In this document: positions 30,380-39,818 of the stretch, in pieces
Layout of the letters: every line of letters begins with the position of its first letter
How positions within the stretch are numbered: the first letter of the stretch is position 1
Source of the DNA: a virus
Lineage: Duplodnaviria > Caudoviricetes
IMG/VR virus record: IMGVR_UViG_3300035390_000014
Span: 96,001 to 160,000 of that record
Length of the DNA stretch: 64,000 nucleotides
Strand: one strand, 5' to 3'
Made by a program: the position numbers and the translations under genes
Notes under the pieces: model-generated
The model's database searches: none
The model's input: only the letters and a program-made list of their open reading frames with translations
Told to the model about the DNA's origin: nothing

Positions 30380-30491
30380 GAGCGTGATCTAATAATCGGT
30401 AATATACGTCAGGTAGTATCAAGACAATGCAACCGGGCCTCGCCAAGAAGTACTGATGTAGATATGGGTTCAAGTCCCATTCACGCTCCCA
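30380..30491 (+). ncRNA. tRNA-like RNA with expanded anticodon region
   Basis: GAGCGTGA/TCACGCTC plus CCA; T arm ATGGG-TTCAAGT-CCCAT; 8-bp TACGTCAG/CTGATGTA enclosing ~40 nt. Confidence 0.6.
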
Positions 30492-30694
30492 ACCATTAAA
30501 CGTATATAGGTGAAATGATGGATGAAAAACTAGATGTATTACAAGATGATTTAAAAATTAAACCCATATCTAAATCAAAATGGTATCAGTTTAATAAAAA
30601 AGAAAAAGAAGGTCTGGCCATTACAGGTATTATAACTGCACTTGTTAGTGTAGGTTTTTATTACTTTATTAAGATTGCTGGATAATAACAATTG

Positions 30695-30783
30695 TGCGCT
30701 ATAGAGTAGTTGGTCAACTCACTTGTCTCATAAGCAAGACTCCCTAACCGGAGACGTAGGTTCGAATCCTACTAGCGCTCCCA
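30695..30783 (+). tRNA. tRNA-Met(CAU) with long variable arm
   Basis: CTTGT-CTCATAA-GCAAG, variable stem CTCC/GGAG, 1:72 mismatch, CCA. Confidence 0.85.
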
Positions 30784-30824
30784 AACAACTAAATGTGTAT
30801 TAGTGAATCTAAGGAGAATGTGAA

Positions 30825-31076
30825 ATGGCGTTATTTGGAAATGGTAATGGCAAAAAGAAAACAGTTGCGGGTATTACAGAATCATTAACTAGAATTAAAA
30901 CTGATCTTCAAATTCTTGAACAAGAGACTGCTGAGGAATTGGAACAATATAACCTTGAACAGATGGCGCTTCAACTTAAAATTGAAGGTGCTAAATCTGA
31001 AAAGAGTAAGGGATTTACAATATTTAAAAATATTTCTGCTCTTTTAGGAGAACCTGTAGAAGAAGAAGCTGTTTAG
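30825..31076 (+). CDS. hypothetical coiled-coil protein
   Basis: AAGGAG RBS; ends TAG TAA TGA. Confidence 0.6.
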   Translation: MALFGNGNGKKKTVAGITESLTRIKTDLQILEQETAEELEQYNLEQMALQLKIEGAKSEKSKGFTIFKNISALLGEPVEEEAV

Positions 31077-31085
31077 TAATGATAT

Positions 31086-31157
31086 GCCGAGAATCTAAGG
31101 AGATATCTATGTTTCATACGCAAAGACTAGTGGATTCGATTTCCACTCTCGGCACCA
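31086..31157 (+). tRNA. tRNA-Met/Ile2(CAU), atypical
   Basis: GCCGAGA/TCTCGGC, loop TTCATAC, short D arm, A73-CCA. Confidence 0.7.
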
Positions 31158-31177
31158 AATTAAATTGGGAAGAGAAT

Positions 31178-31759
31178 ATGAATTATATAATTTATAAAAC
31201 TACAAATAAAATAAATTCTAAAATTTATATTGGAGCTCATAAAACAAATAATCTTAAAGATAATTATTTGGGATCAGGAGATCTTCTAATTAAAGCTATT
31301 AAGAAATATGGAACTAAAAACTTTAAAAGAGAAATACTTAAAATTTTTGATAATTCTGATGATATGTATATTATGGAAAAAATGATTGTAAATAAATGTT
31401 TTGTTGAAAGATTAGATACTTATAATTTAAAAATTGGAGGAGTAGGAGGATGGGATTCAGAACCTCGTAAAAGATTTAAATTATTAATGGAAGATGAAGA
31501 ATATGTTAAATGTTTTAGTGAAAAAATTAAAAATGGACAAAAAATTTATATTAAAGATCCTGAAAAAAGAAAAACTTTTTTAAATAAAACTCACAATGAA
31601 GAATCAAAAAAGAAAATAAGTAATTCTAAAAAAGGCACAGGATGTGGAAAAAATAATTCACAATTTGGAACAATGTGGATAACCAATAATATTAAAAATA
31701 AAAAAATAAAGAAAACAGATCTTATTCCAGAAGGATGGAATAAGGGAAGAAAATTCTGA
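31178..31759 (+). CDS. GIY-YIG homing endonuclease
   Basis: YIIY..KIYIGAH..YLGSG; start reassigned past the tRNA. Confidence 0.85.
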   Translation: MNYIIYKTTNKINSKIYIGAHKTNNLKDNYLGSGDLLIKAIKKYGTKNFKREILKIFDNSDDMYIMEKMIVNKCFVERLDTYNLKIGGVGGWDSEPRKRFKLLMEDEEYVKCFSEKIKNGQKIYIKDPEKRKTFLNKTHNEESKKKISNSKKGTGCGKNNSQFGTMWITNNIKNKKIKKTDLIPEGWNKGRKF

Positions 31760-31988
31760 CTTATCCTGTACAACGTATCCATAGAGGATGTGACCCTTTT
31801 AATTAAGGGTGAAGAGCGGGTGTTGACACAGCCAAGCCGGATACTGCTAGTCAACACAATTAGGTTAAGTTGGGCATGTTTTAAATGTGTGATGGTCAAA
31901 AGTGTTTAAAGGATACTGCTGAAATGCTACGTTAGTTAAATAGAGGCTTCCTTGCCCTTGCATTAGGCAGCCATCACACATTTATTTT

Positions 31989-32064
31989 GGTTCCATCGTC
32001 TAATGGTTAGGACATAAGGTTTTCAACCTTAAAATCGAGGGTTCAATTCCCCGTGGAATCACCA
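31989..32064 (+). tRNA. tRNA-Glu(UUC)
   Basis: TAAGG-TTTTCAA-CCTTA, CCA. Confidence 0.9.
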
Positions 32065-32101
32065 ATAATTCTTTAGAACATATTATAAAATTACATATAA
32101 T

Positions 32102-32848
32102 ATGGAGTACAATATGAATGAATATCTAAAATATTTGCAGGAAAACTTATCAGAACCTCAAGAAGATATTATAGTAAATGAAATGTCATACTTTGTTTCA
32201 GGAAGTGTTAAACAAATTTTAAATAGAGTACCAGTGGTTACTAAAAAAGAAATGTTATCCAGATTACAAATTGGAGATATTATGGTGGCTTTTACTGCTA
32301 ATAAACCTTTGAGAGATAAATTTGGTGCTAAACAATATGGTAAAATATTAGCAGCATTTCAAGGTAGTCCTTATACATCTAGTAAAGTTGTAGTAGATAA
32401 AAATTATGCAGCTGGTTATGGCATTACAACAAATATGAAAGTGCCTTCTGATAATAAAGTTGAAAAAGTTCCATTAGCTCAAGCTATAAGAGATCGATCT
32501 GAAATATGTTTGATAAGAGTTAATACCTCAGATGCTATAAAGAAAAAAGCAATGAAGTGGGTTAATTCTAAAATGGGTTTAGCATATGCTGAATCTGATC
32601 TTTTAAAAACTACATGGGATAGATTTACTAATAGAAAATTTCTTCCATTTTTTAAGAAAAACAATATGGATCCAAATGAATTAAAAGATTTGCAACACCC
32701 TTTATTTTGTAGTACTATTATTTCAATAGCTTATTATGTAGCTGGATATAGAGATAAATTTAATGATCATCATCCTTATGATGTATGGCCAAGAGATTTT
32801 ATATTGGATAATAATACAGAAAAAATTTGTAAAATAGATTATAGTTAA
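32102..32848 (+). CDS. permuted papain-like (YiiX/NlpC-P60) protein
   Basis: LQIGDIM, FCSTII, VWPRDF. Confidence 0.6.
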   Translation: MEYNMNEYLKYLQENLSEPQEDIIVNEMSYFVSGSVKQILNRVPVVTKKEMLSRLQIGDIMVAFTANKPLRDKFGAKQYGKILAAFQGSPYTSSKVVVDKNYAAGYGITTNMKVPSDNKVEKVPLAQAIRDRSEICLIRVNTSDAIKKKAMKWVNSKMGLAYAESDLLKTTWDRFTNRKFLPFFKKNNMDPNELKDLQHPLFCSTIISIAYYVAGYRDKFNDHHPYDVWPRDFILDNNTEKICKIDYS

Positions 32849-32854
32849 AAATAT

Positions 32855-32937
32855 GCGTCGGCTGGGTATAGGTGAACCCAAGAGACTGTAAATCTCCCGC
32901 TTCGGCTGTGTAGGTTCAATTCCTACTCGGCGCACCA
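32855..32937 (+). tRNA. tRNA-Tyr(GUA)
   Basis: Loop CTGTAAA, variable arm, A73-CCA. Confidence 0.9.
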
Positions 32938-32940
32938 TAT

Positions 32941-33024
32941 GCACGGACTGAGTATTTGATGAACTCAAGAGAAGGTACCCTCCGCTTTAGAGCTTTGGTG
33001 GTTTGAATCCATCTCCGTGCACCA
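32941..33024 (+). tRNA. Tyr-like tRNA with non-canonical anticodon loop
   Basis: Perfect GCACGGA/TCCGTGC plus ACCA; loop region AAGGTACC lacks U33. Confidence 0.55.
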
Positions 33025-33057
33025 TTTATTAATAACAGTGAAACAAGGTGAGACAAA

Positions 33058-33534
33058 ATGAAGATTATTTCTGGTGGTCAGACAGGGGCAGACTTAGCTG
33101 GACTTGATGTAGCAAAAGATCTTGGTATTAAAACAGGCGGATGGGCGCCAAAAGGTTGGAAAACATCAGATGGTCCCAGGCAAAAATTACTTGAAAGTTA
33201 TAACCTACAAGAATCTACATTAGGTTATAGAGGGCGGACTCATGAAAATGTAAAAGATTCAAACGCAACAATTAGGTTGGCAGTTGATTTTACTACACCT
33301 GGTGAAGTATGTACAATGAATGCTATTAATAGTTGTAAAAAACCTTGGATCGATATTGATCTATTATCCCAAAGACCAGTTCAAGAAGTTATTGAATTTT
33401 TGATTTTGGTTAAACCTACCACTTTAAATATTGCTGGTAATACTCAACATACAAAAGGTTATGATATTCATAGATTAACTTATATGTATTTGAAAAAAGT
33501 TTTAAGTGAGTATAAACGAATCTATTTGAAATAA
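33058..33534 (+). CDS. SLOG-family 'molybdenum carrier'-like protein
   Basis: KIISGGQTGADLAGLD, RTHENVKDSNAT. Confidence 0.75.
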   Translation: MKIISGGQTGADLAGLDVAKDLGIKTGGWAPKGWKTSDGPRQKLLESYNLQESTLGYRGRTHENVKDSNATIRLAVDFTTPGEVCTMNAINSCKKPWIDIDLLSQRPVQEVIEFLILVKPTTLNIAGNTQHTKGYDIHRLTYMYLKKVLSEYKRIYLK

Positions 33535-33664
33535 GAAATTATTTCAAATCATTGTAACATATTATAAATAATATATAGGCTGGTCGATCGCATGACCGTT
33601 CCGATAGGTAAGAGCAAAGGTCGTTAATATTGCCGCCAGTCAAACTAAAATAGGAAAATTATTT

Positions 33665-34018
33665 ATGAGACAATGGATGGTTGATCCAAAGTGTATGTGT
33701 CAAAAGCATTTATGTGGCTGTCATGTCGAACATCATATGTTTGTTGGTAGTATGAAAAAGAAAATAAAGATGGATGGTTATTTAAAAAATAATTTGTTAG
33801 AACCTAGATCTTTATTTGAAAGACATAAAGTTCTTTCAGAAGAAATGACAAGACGAGGAATGAATCATAAAAGTCCTCTTGAAGAAAATGAATGTGAATG
33901 TATTTGTTATTTAGATGAATATCAACAAAATTGGGAAATTGATAAAGAATCAGCTTTAAAGGATTTACTAAGTAGATGTCCTGAATGTAAAAAACGATAT
34001 AAGGAAAATTGTAAATGA
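33665..34018 (+). CDS. pyrimidine dimer DNA glycosylase-like protein
   Basis: MRQWMVDP..C.KHL.G.H.E.H; RH..L..EM..RG..H.SP. Confidence 0.65.
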   Translation: MRQWMVDPKCMCQKHLCGCHVEHHMFVGSMKKKIKMDGYLKNNLLEPRSLFERHKVLSEEMTRRGMNHKSPLEENECECICYLDEYQQNWEIDKESALKDLLSRCPECKKRYKENCK

Positions 34019-34476
34019 AAATCTATACAGCAGGTCCAATCTCTGGACAGAGTTATGATCAAGTAATGACTAGATATAGAGGTCAGGTTAAAGCTCTTCA
34101 AGAAATGGGGTATGATGTTATTTGTCCTATGACTGGAAAAGAATATCTTAGAACTGAAATTGAACTTAAAGCTCATGGACTTGACCAACACCCAGTATCT
34201 ACTAATCATGCTATTAAAGAAAGAGATAGATGGATGGTTGGATCAGTTGATGTTGTATTAGTTGATTTTACCGAATGTGCTGGAGTTGTTTCTATTGGTT
34301 CATGTATGGAATTAGCTTGGGCTGATGAACTTAAAAAACATTCAATTGTTGTTATGGAAGAAGGTAATATTCATCAACATTGTTTTATTCTTGAATGTGC
34401 TGATATAGTATTCCCAACAATGGAGCAAGCATATAGATATTTACTTCATCTTTCAATGGGAATTACAATGGAATGA
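34015..34476 (+). CDS. nucleoside 2-deoxyribosyltransferase-like protein
   Basis: KIYTAGPI, RDRWMV..VDVVLV, GSCMELAWA. Confidence 0.7.
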   Translation: MKIYTAGPISGQSYDQVMTRYRGQVKALQEMGYDVICPMTGKEYLRTEIELKAHGLDQHPVSTNHAIKERDRWMVGSVDVVLVDFTECAGVVSIGSCMELAWADELKKHSIVVMEEGNIHQHCFILECADIVFPTMEQAYRYLLHLSMGITME

Positions 34477-34629
34477 AAACTGAATTTGATGTAATGTATA
34501 GACCAAGATGCATTGCTTTAGGTCTTAATATTGGTAATAATCATATAGTAAAAAAGAAATGGAAGAATATTTTTTTTGAACTTGATGTATTATTTTGGAC
34601 TTTTGGTTTAGAGTTTAAGTGGAGTTAAT

Positions 34630-34884
34630 ATGGAATTTATAAATTGGTTATCTTTAGGCTCAGGTTTAATATCAGCAATATGTTGGTATTATGCAAGTGT
34701 TGTTAAAGTTAGTCATAAACAAGAAGTTGAGTGGCGAAAAAAACATGGTATAAGTAATTTTAGTGGCATTGAGTTAGATGGAAGCGACATATCTGGATCT
34801 TTCAGAGTTCAGAGACAATATAACTGTGTTGCTTCTATTTTTGCAGGAATTGCAATTATACTTCAAGGACTTGTAAATATATAA
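34630..34884 (+). CDS. small membrane protein
   Basis: Two hydrophobic segments. Confidence 0.5.
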   Translation: MEFINWLSLGSGLISAICWYYASVVKVSHKQEVEWRKKHGISNFSGIELDGSDISGSFRVQRQYNCVASIFAGIAIILQGLVNI

Positions 34885-34892
34885 TAAAATAT

Positions 34893-34980
34893 GGTAGGAA
34901 TGTTGAAATTGGTAAACATGCGAGGTTGTGATCCTCGTGCCTTAAGTGGTTTGCGGGTTCGAATCCCGTTTCCTACCCCA
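34893..34980 (+). tRNA. tRNA-His(GUG) with long variable arm
   Basis: G-1:C73, CGAGG-TTGTGAT-CCTCG, Leu-like D arm, variable stem GCC/GGT. Confidence 0.88.
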
Positions 34981-34998
34981 AAATTAAAATGAGGTATT

Positions 34999-35649
34999 AT
35001 GAAAAAATATATTATTTATAGAATTACTAATACTATAAATAATATGATTTATATTGGAGTCCATCAAACATTTGATTTAAATGATGATTATATGGGGTCT
35101 GGTAAATATCTTATTAATGCTATTAATAAGTATGGCATAGAAAATTTTAGTAAAGAAATAATGCAAATATTTAATTCATCTAAACAAATGTATGAAATGG
35201 AAAGTTTATCAGTTGATGAAAATTTTGTTAAACGAAAAGATACTTATAATTTAAAAGTTGGTGGATTTGGCGGGTTTGATCATGTAAATCAAAACTCAGA
35301 TATGCAACGAGAGAAAGTATATTTAGCTCTTAAAAAAATGAAAGAATTAGCTAAAGATCATGAATGGACTAAACAAAGATCTGATAAAATATCTAATTCT
35401 ATGAAACAACAATATAAAGATGGTAAAAGAAAACCACTAGATCCTTATTCTTTTTTAGGTAGAACTCATACAGATGAATCAAAAGAAAAAATAGGTCAAA
35501 TGAACTCTTTTCATCAATTAGGAAAAAAGAATTCTCAATATGGTACTTACTGGATATATAATAATAATTTAAAACAAAATAAAAAAATACCAAAAGATGA
35601 ATTTGATATGTGGAAATCTAAAGGTTGGTTAAGAGGTAGAAAATTTTAA
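34999..35649 (+). CDS. GIY-YIG homing endonuclease
   Basis: YIIY..MIYIGVH..YMGSG. Confidence 0.85.
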   Translation: MKKYIIYRITNTINNMIYIGVHQTFDLNDDYMGSGKYLINAINKYGIENFSKEIMQIFNSSKQMYEMESLSVDENFVKRKDTYNLKVGGFGGFDHVNQNSDMQREKVYLALKKMKELAKDHEWTKQRSDKISNSMKQQYKDGKRKPLDPYSFLGRTHTDESKEKIGQMNSFHQLGKKNSQYGTYWIYNNNLKQNKKIPKDEFDMWKSKGWLRGRKF

Positions 35650-35666
35650 ATTAAAAGGAATATATA

Positions 35667-36251
35667 ATGGCAATATTTGAAATAGAATTTAATAAAACTA
35701 TGGGCCATGAAGGTGGTTATAGTTATGATCCAGATGATGTTGGAGGTGAAACTTATAAAGGAATCGCTAGAAGATATCATAAGGGGTGGAGTGGATGGAA
35801 TATTGTTGATTCTTTAAATGATAATTTAGATTTCCCTAACTGTTTAAATAGAAATGAAGAATTACAATTTAAAGTTAAATCATTTTATAAACAACATTTC
35901 TGGGATCGCTTTCAAGGAGATTTAATTCATGATCAAAGTATTGCTGGTGAGTTATTTGATACTGGTGTAAATATGGGTCTTAAGCGAGCAGTTAAATTTT
36001 TACAGAGATCATTGAATTATTTAAATCGTAATGGTAATCTTTTTCCTGATATGGTTGATGATGGAGTCTTGGGTCGTGGTACATTAAAATGTTTAAATTA
36101 TTATTTAAATAGAGATAATCCAGAGATACTTCTTAAAATAATGAATGTATTACAGGGACAACATTACTTAAATTATATGAGTAAAAGTCCAAGACAGGAG
36201 AAGTATTGTAGAGGTTGGTTTAATAGAGTAACTTTATCAAAAGGTTATTAA
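35667..36251 (+). CDS. GH108 lysozyme (endolysin) with peptidoglycan-binding domain
   Basis: HEGGY..DPDDVGGETYKGI, FLQRSLN, GWFNRV. Confidence 0.88.
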   Translation: MAIFEIEFNKTMGHEGGYSYDPDDVGGETYKGIARRYHKGWSGWNIVDSLNDNLDFPNCLNRNEELQFKVKSFYKQHFWDRFQGDLIHDQSIAGELFDTGVNMGLKRAVKFLQRSLNYLNRNGNLFPDMVDDGVLGRGTLKCLNYYLNRDNPEILLKIMNVLQGQHYLNYMSKSPRQEKYCRGWFNRVTLSKGY

Positions 36252-36551
36252 AAAAGATACAAAAAAAAGACAATATATAAATTATATAAATTATATTGTC
36301 TTCAAAAAGAAATTACTTTCTTTTTATGAGGAGGTTAAATTCCTTATAAAGGAAACCCGATCTATGCTGAAATAGCACATCATACCATCAAACTTTTTAG
36401 AGTTATAATTTAAGACCATAAGTATTGGGTAAGATTACAATCGACCATGCAAAAAATATATAGAAAGGAAATCAGGACAAAACTTTCTACATATGGTTAT
36501 TAATATATATAGAATTAAATCTTATTATGGAAGAAGGAAACAGGTGAAAAT

Positions 36552-37106
36552 ATGTCAGAATTGCTAAAGTTAATGAAAGACGATTTGCATAAAGCAATGA
36601 AACGTGAAGTAGAATTTCGTAAAGATGGAATTAAATCCGGACTCATATATGAAACTTGTATGGCTGTTAAAGATGTCGTTAGAGCTATAATATCTATGTA
36701 TCCAGAAATAAAAATTAAACCTGATAATGCAACAGATGATGATACAATTAAACTTCTTAAAAAATTTATAACTTTAGAAAAAGTTAGAGAATTATATCTA
36801 CAACATCATTTATCTGGAAGTATGGTTACTGGACTATCAGCAAGTAAGTTAAATGTTTTACAAAAAAGTACAATAACTGATCTTGGTGATAAACTTACTT
36901 CACCAAAAATTAAAATAGCTCAAACTTATCTTCCTGATACAGCTACTTTTACTGCTGATGATATTCATGAGTGGATTAAAAGAAATATTAATTGGGATAA
37001 CTACAAAAATAAAATGCAAGCTATGGGTCCAATTATGAAACATTTTGTTGGAGCTGATGGTAATATAGTTAGAAGAATCATTGAAGGGTATACTAAATAT
37101 GAGTGA
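36552..37106 (+). CDS. GatB/YqeY domain protein
   Basis: LMKDDLHKAMK start, YLP, AMGPIMK. Confidence 0.6.
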   Translation: MSELLKLMKDDLHKAMKREVEFRKDGIKSGLIYETCMAVKDVVRAIISMYPEIKIKPDNATDDDTIKLLKKFITLEKVRELYLQHHLSGSMVTGLSASKLNVLQKSTITDLGDKLTSPKIKIAQTYLPDTATFTADDIHEWIKRNINWDNYKNKMQAMGPIMKHFVGADGNIVRRIIEGYTKYE

Positions 37107-37301
37107 TTTATTTAATGATCTATATCAATTGGAATTATATATAAAAAGAAAGATTGAAGCTTTTGAAAATTCAAATAAATGTACGGTTGCATCAATTGAT
37201 TATAAATCTTATTTGTTTGATGCATCAGAAGATAGTTTATGTCCAACATTAGGTAGAACAGTTAGTGTATCAATCAAAAGAAAGATAAGTTAAAATAATA
37301 T

Positions 37302-37377
37302 CGAGGATGTGGTGTAATCTGGTAACACGTACGCTTTGGGAGCGTGAGTCGCAGTTCGAATCTGACATCCTCGACCA
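37302..37377 (+). tRNA. tRNA-Pro(UGG)
   Basis: TACGC-TTTGGGA-GCGTG, CG..CG-A-CCA. Confidence 0.88.
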
Positions 37378-37388
37378 AAACCATTTTA

Positions 37389-37462
37389 CGGGAAGCGATC
37401 AAGGAGACAAGTATGCTTTGGAAGTATGCGATAGGCTGGTTCGATCCCAGTCTTCCCGACCA
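37389..37462 (+). tRNA. tRNA-Pro(UGG), second divergent copy
   Basis: CGGGAAG/CTTCCCG, loop TTTGGAA, weak D arm. Confidence 0.75.
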
Positions 37463-37477
37463 ATTTAAAGGTGACAT

Positions 37478-37660
37478 ATGAGAGATCCTAAGCGAATAAA
37501 AAGAATTCTAAAAGCAATAGAAATTATTTGGATAAATAGTCCTGATTTACGTTTAACTCAAATAATAATGAATGCTTTAAAAAGCAATAACGATCCATAT
37601 TATATTGAAGATGATGATTTGGAAAAAGCTCTTAATGAGTATATGAAGGATATGCAATGA
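37478..37660 (+). CDS. conserved small phage protein (MRDPKRI family)
   Basis: MRDPKRI..IW..PDLRLTQ. Confidence 0.6.
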   Translation: MRDPKRIKRILKAIEIIWINSPDLRLTQIIMNALKSNNDPYYIEDDDLEKALNEYMKDMQ

Positions 37661-38028
37661 ATAAAATAAAAAAAATCTATTATGCTCACCCCGTAAGTTT
37701 GTATAATACTCCACAAGAAGAAAGAGATTTAGCAACCCTTAAATATCTATGGCCAGATGCAGTAATTTATAATCCTAATTCACATCATGATCAACAAGGT
37801 TATAAAGAATGGGGATTTAATTGGTTTCTTGATAGAGTTAGTGATTGTGATTTACTTGTATTTAGATCTTTTCCTGATGGCAAAATAGGTGCTGGTGTTT
37901 GGAAAGAAGTAAACTGGGCTAATGTAGAATGTGCTATTCCTGTAATAGAAATACCAATGTTAATGGAATCTCGAGTATTAAGTGTTGATGATACCAGAGA
38001 ATATTTAAAACATACTGGTAAGAGATAA
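37657..38028 (+). CDS. deoxyribosyltransferase-fold hypothetical protein
   Basis: IYYAHP, GAGVWKEV. Confidence 0.5.
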   Translation: MNKIKKIYYAHPVSLYNTPQEERDLATLKYLWPDAVIYNPNSHHDQQGYKEWGFNWFLDRVSDCDLLVFRSFPDGKIGAGVWKEVNWANVECAIPVIEIPMLMESRVLSVDDTREYLKHTGKR

Positions 38029-38101
38029 TTTCCTTTAACTATATATATTAATATACATAACATAGTATAAAGTATTTGTATATTAATTTTATTTAAAAGG
38101 A

Positions 38102-38500
38102 GTGAAAATGGAAGAAAAAACATCAGTAGGTATTTCAAAAGTTAAAGAGTGGAAAGGTTCAAGTGTCTGGTATAAAGTTAACTGTGCATGTATGGCTGGA
38201 GAATGCGATTCATTAATTCAAATGTCTTTTGATAAAGATTTTGGACATATTGATGTTGAGTTTTATAAAACCATTATGTGGGGTGATTATTATCAGAAAA
38301 AATGGTGGTGGCAAAGAGGTTGGTTAAGAATTAAAATGGCTACTAAAATTATCTTTAAAGGTTATACTGAACATGAAGGATCTTTTATGATTGAAGGTAT
38401 AGATCATTTAAATTCTTTTATTACAGCTCTTGAGGAAGGAAGAGGGAAACTGAAGCAATTTCAAATTGACTTTGAAAAGGAGAATAAAAGTGACTCTTGA
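38102..38500 (+). CDS. hypothetical protein
   Basis: Follows motif B; AAGGAG RBS. Confidence 0.55.
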   Translation: MKMEEKTSVGISKVKEWKGSSVWYKVNCACMAGECDSLIQMSFDKDFGHIDVEFYKTIMWGDYYQKKWWWQRGWLRIKMATKIIFKGYTEHEGSFMIEGIDHLNSFITALEEGRGKLKQFQIDFEKENKSDS

Positions 38501-39089
38501 TTATAAAGATCCAGATGAAATAGTAAAAGGTAAAGATTTGAAAGAAGGTGATTGTGTTAGATCAAGATCATGGTCAGAAACAAAAGATGGTAATGATATG
38601 GGTATTATTTTATCAACAACATTTCATGATACCGAACGTGGTAAAAAATTAAAAAAGTTTTATGGTGATGAACCAGCATATGAAATATATGATATTAATT
38701 GTCCATGTGATAGTTCATTATTAACCAGATTAGATCCCGAAGCAGAGTTTAAAGTTATTCGTTCAAGAAAGGATATACTTTATACTTTCAGAACAATTGA
38801 TTATCAACTTCTTCAACGTTCAAGATCTTTAATGGCTGAAAGTATTGAATTAGGAAAGGTTCAAGATGAAGCTGTTGAGCGTATGAATGACAGGTGTGAT
38901 AAAATAAAGAAAGAATTGGAAAAAGATTTTACTTGTAAACATGCTCATGCAAATATTGATAAAATATTTTGTGATACACCAGATATTAATAGTTGTCCAG
39001 ACGGATATCAAAAATTGTATACAGCAGAAAATTGCCCAGAATTAAAAAAAATAGAAAAACCTTTTGATAAAGGTATAGAAATAATTTAA
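38466..39089 (+). CDS. hypothetical protein
   Basis: ORF track. Confidence 0.55.
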   Translation: MTLKRRIKVTLDYKDPDEIVKGKDLKEGDCVRSRSWSETKDGNDMGIILSTTFHDTERGKKLKKFYGDEPAYEIYDINCPCDSSLLTRLDPEAEFKVIRSRKDILYTFRTIDYQLLQRSRSLMAESIELGKVQDEAVERMNDRCDKIKKELEKDFTCKHAHANIDKIFCDTPDINSCPDGYQKLYTAENCPELKKIEKPFDKGIEII

Positions 39090-39246
39090 CAAATGTGTGC
39101 AACACTGACGGAATCTTTAAGGTCTGGAACTTTGCAACTTCCCACCTTTTGTAAGATTTTGTGTATTACGGCGATACCAAAGATGGAAGTCGGTAATAGG
39201 TAGACGTACCGTTTGGGTTGGATCCCATGGAGCACATAACAATTTT

Positions 39247-39320
39247 AGCGCTATAGCTCAATGGTAGAGCATCCGGCTGATAACCGGGCGACGAAAGTTC
39301 AACTCTTTCTAGTGCTACCA
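39247..39320 (+). tRNA. tRNA-Ile(GAU)
   Basis: TCCGG-CTGATAA-CCGGG, A73-CCA. Confidence 0.92.
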
Positions 39321-39336
39321 AACCTTAAAAGGAACT

Positions 39337-39795
39337 GTGATGGAATTTTTTAAATTTCGAGCGAATAAGATATTATTGGGTTCATTTTTATTAATCTATT
39401 TAATTGGTTATACAGCAGCAATATGTTCTGCAAATATTGATGTAGTTTATGTATATAAAGTATGTCCTGTATTTAATGTATATACAACTCACTTTATTGA
39501 TGATGAAACAGGATCAAATAAAGGTATTATAAATGTAATAAGACCAGAAGATAGAGATACTAATGTCGTAAAACATGAACTAATTCATGCTAAACAATGT
39601 TATAGGACTTTCTATTTAGGAACAATCTTTGCTTACTTCAATAAATCATACTTAGCTAAATGTGAGGCAGAAGCATATTCTATTGAGATTAATAATGAAT
39701 TTGGAGTAGTTGAATATGCTAAACTGATACAAGATTGCTATGCTCCTAATGTGCCAATTGAAAAAATTGAAGGTTATATAAGAAACTATTTATAA
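39337..39795 (+). CDS. membrane/secreted protein with HExxH motif
   Basis: Hydrophobic N-terminus, HELIH, EAEAY. Confidence 0.5.
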   Translation: MMEFFKFRANKILLGSFLLIYLIGYTAAICSANIDVVYVYKVCPVFNVYTTHFIDDETGSNKGIINVIRPEDRDTNVVKHELIHAKQCYRTFYLGTIFAYFNKSYLAKCEAEAYSIEINNEFGVVEYAKLIQDCYAPNVPIEKIEGYIRNYL

Positions 39796-39818
39796 CATAT
39801 AGAACATAATATAAATGA

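Noticed and set aside
27753-37477. ORFs 27753-27965(-), 29875-30222(-), 30044-30232(+), 32723-32968(-) and 37274-37477(-)
   Set aside because: They are shadows of tRNA genes, whose GC-rich sequence lacks stop codons
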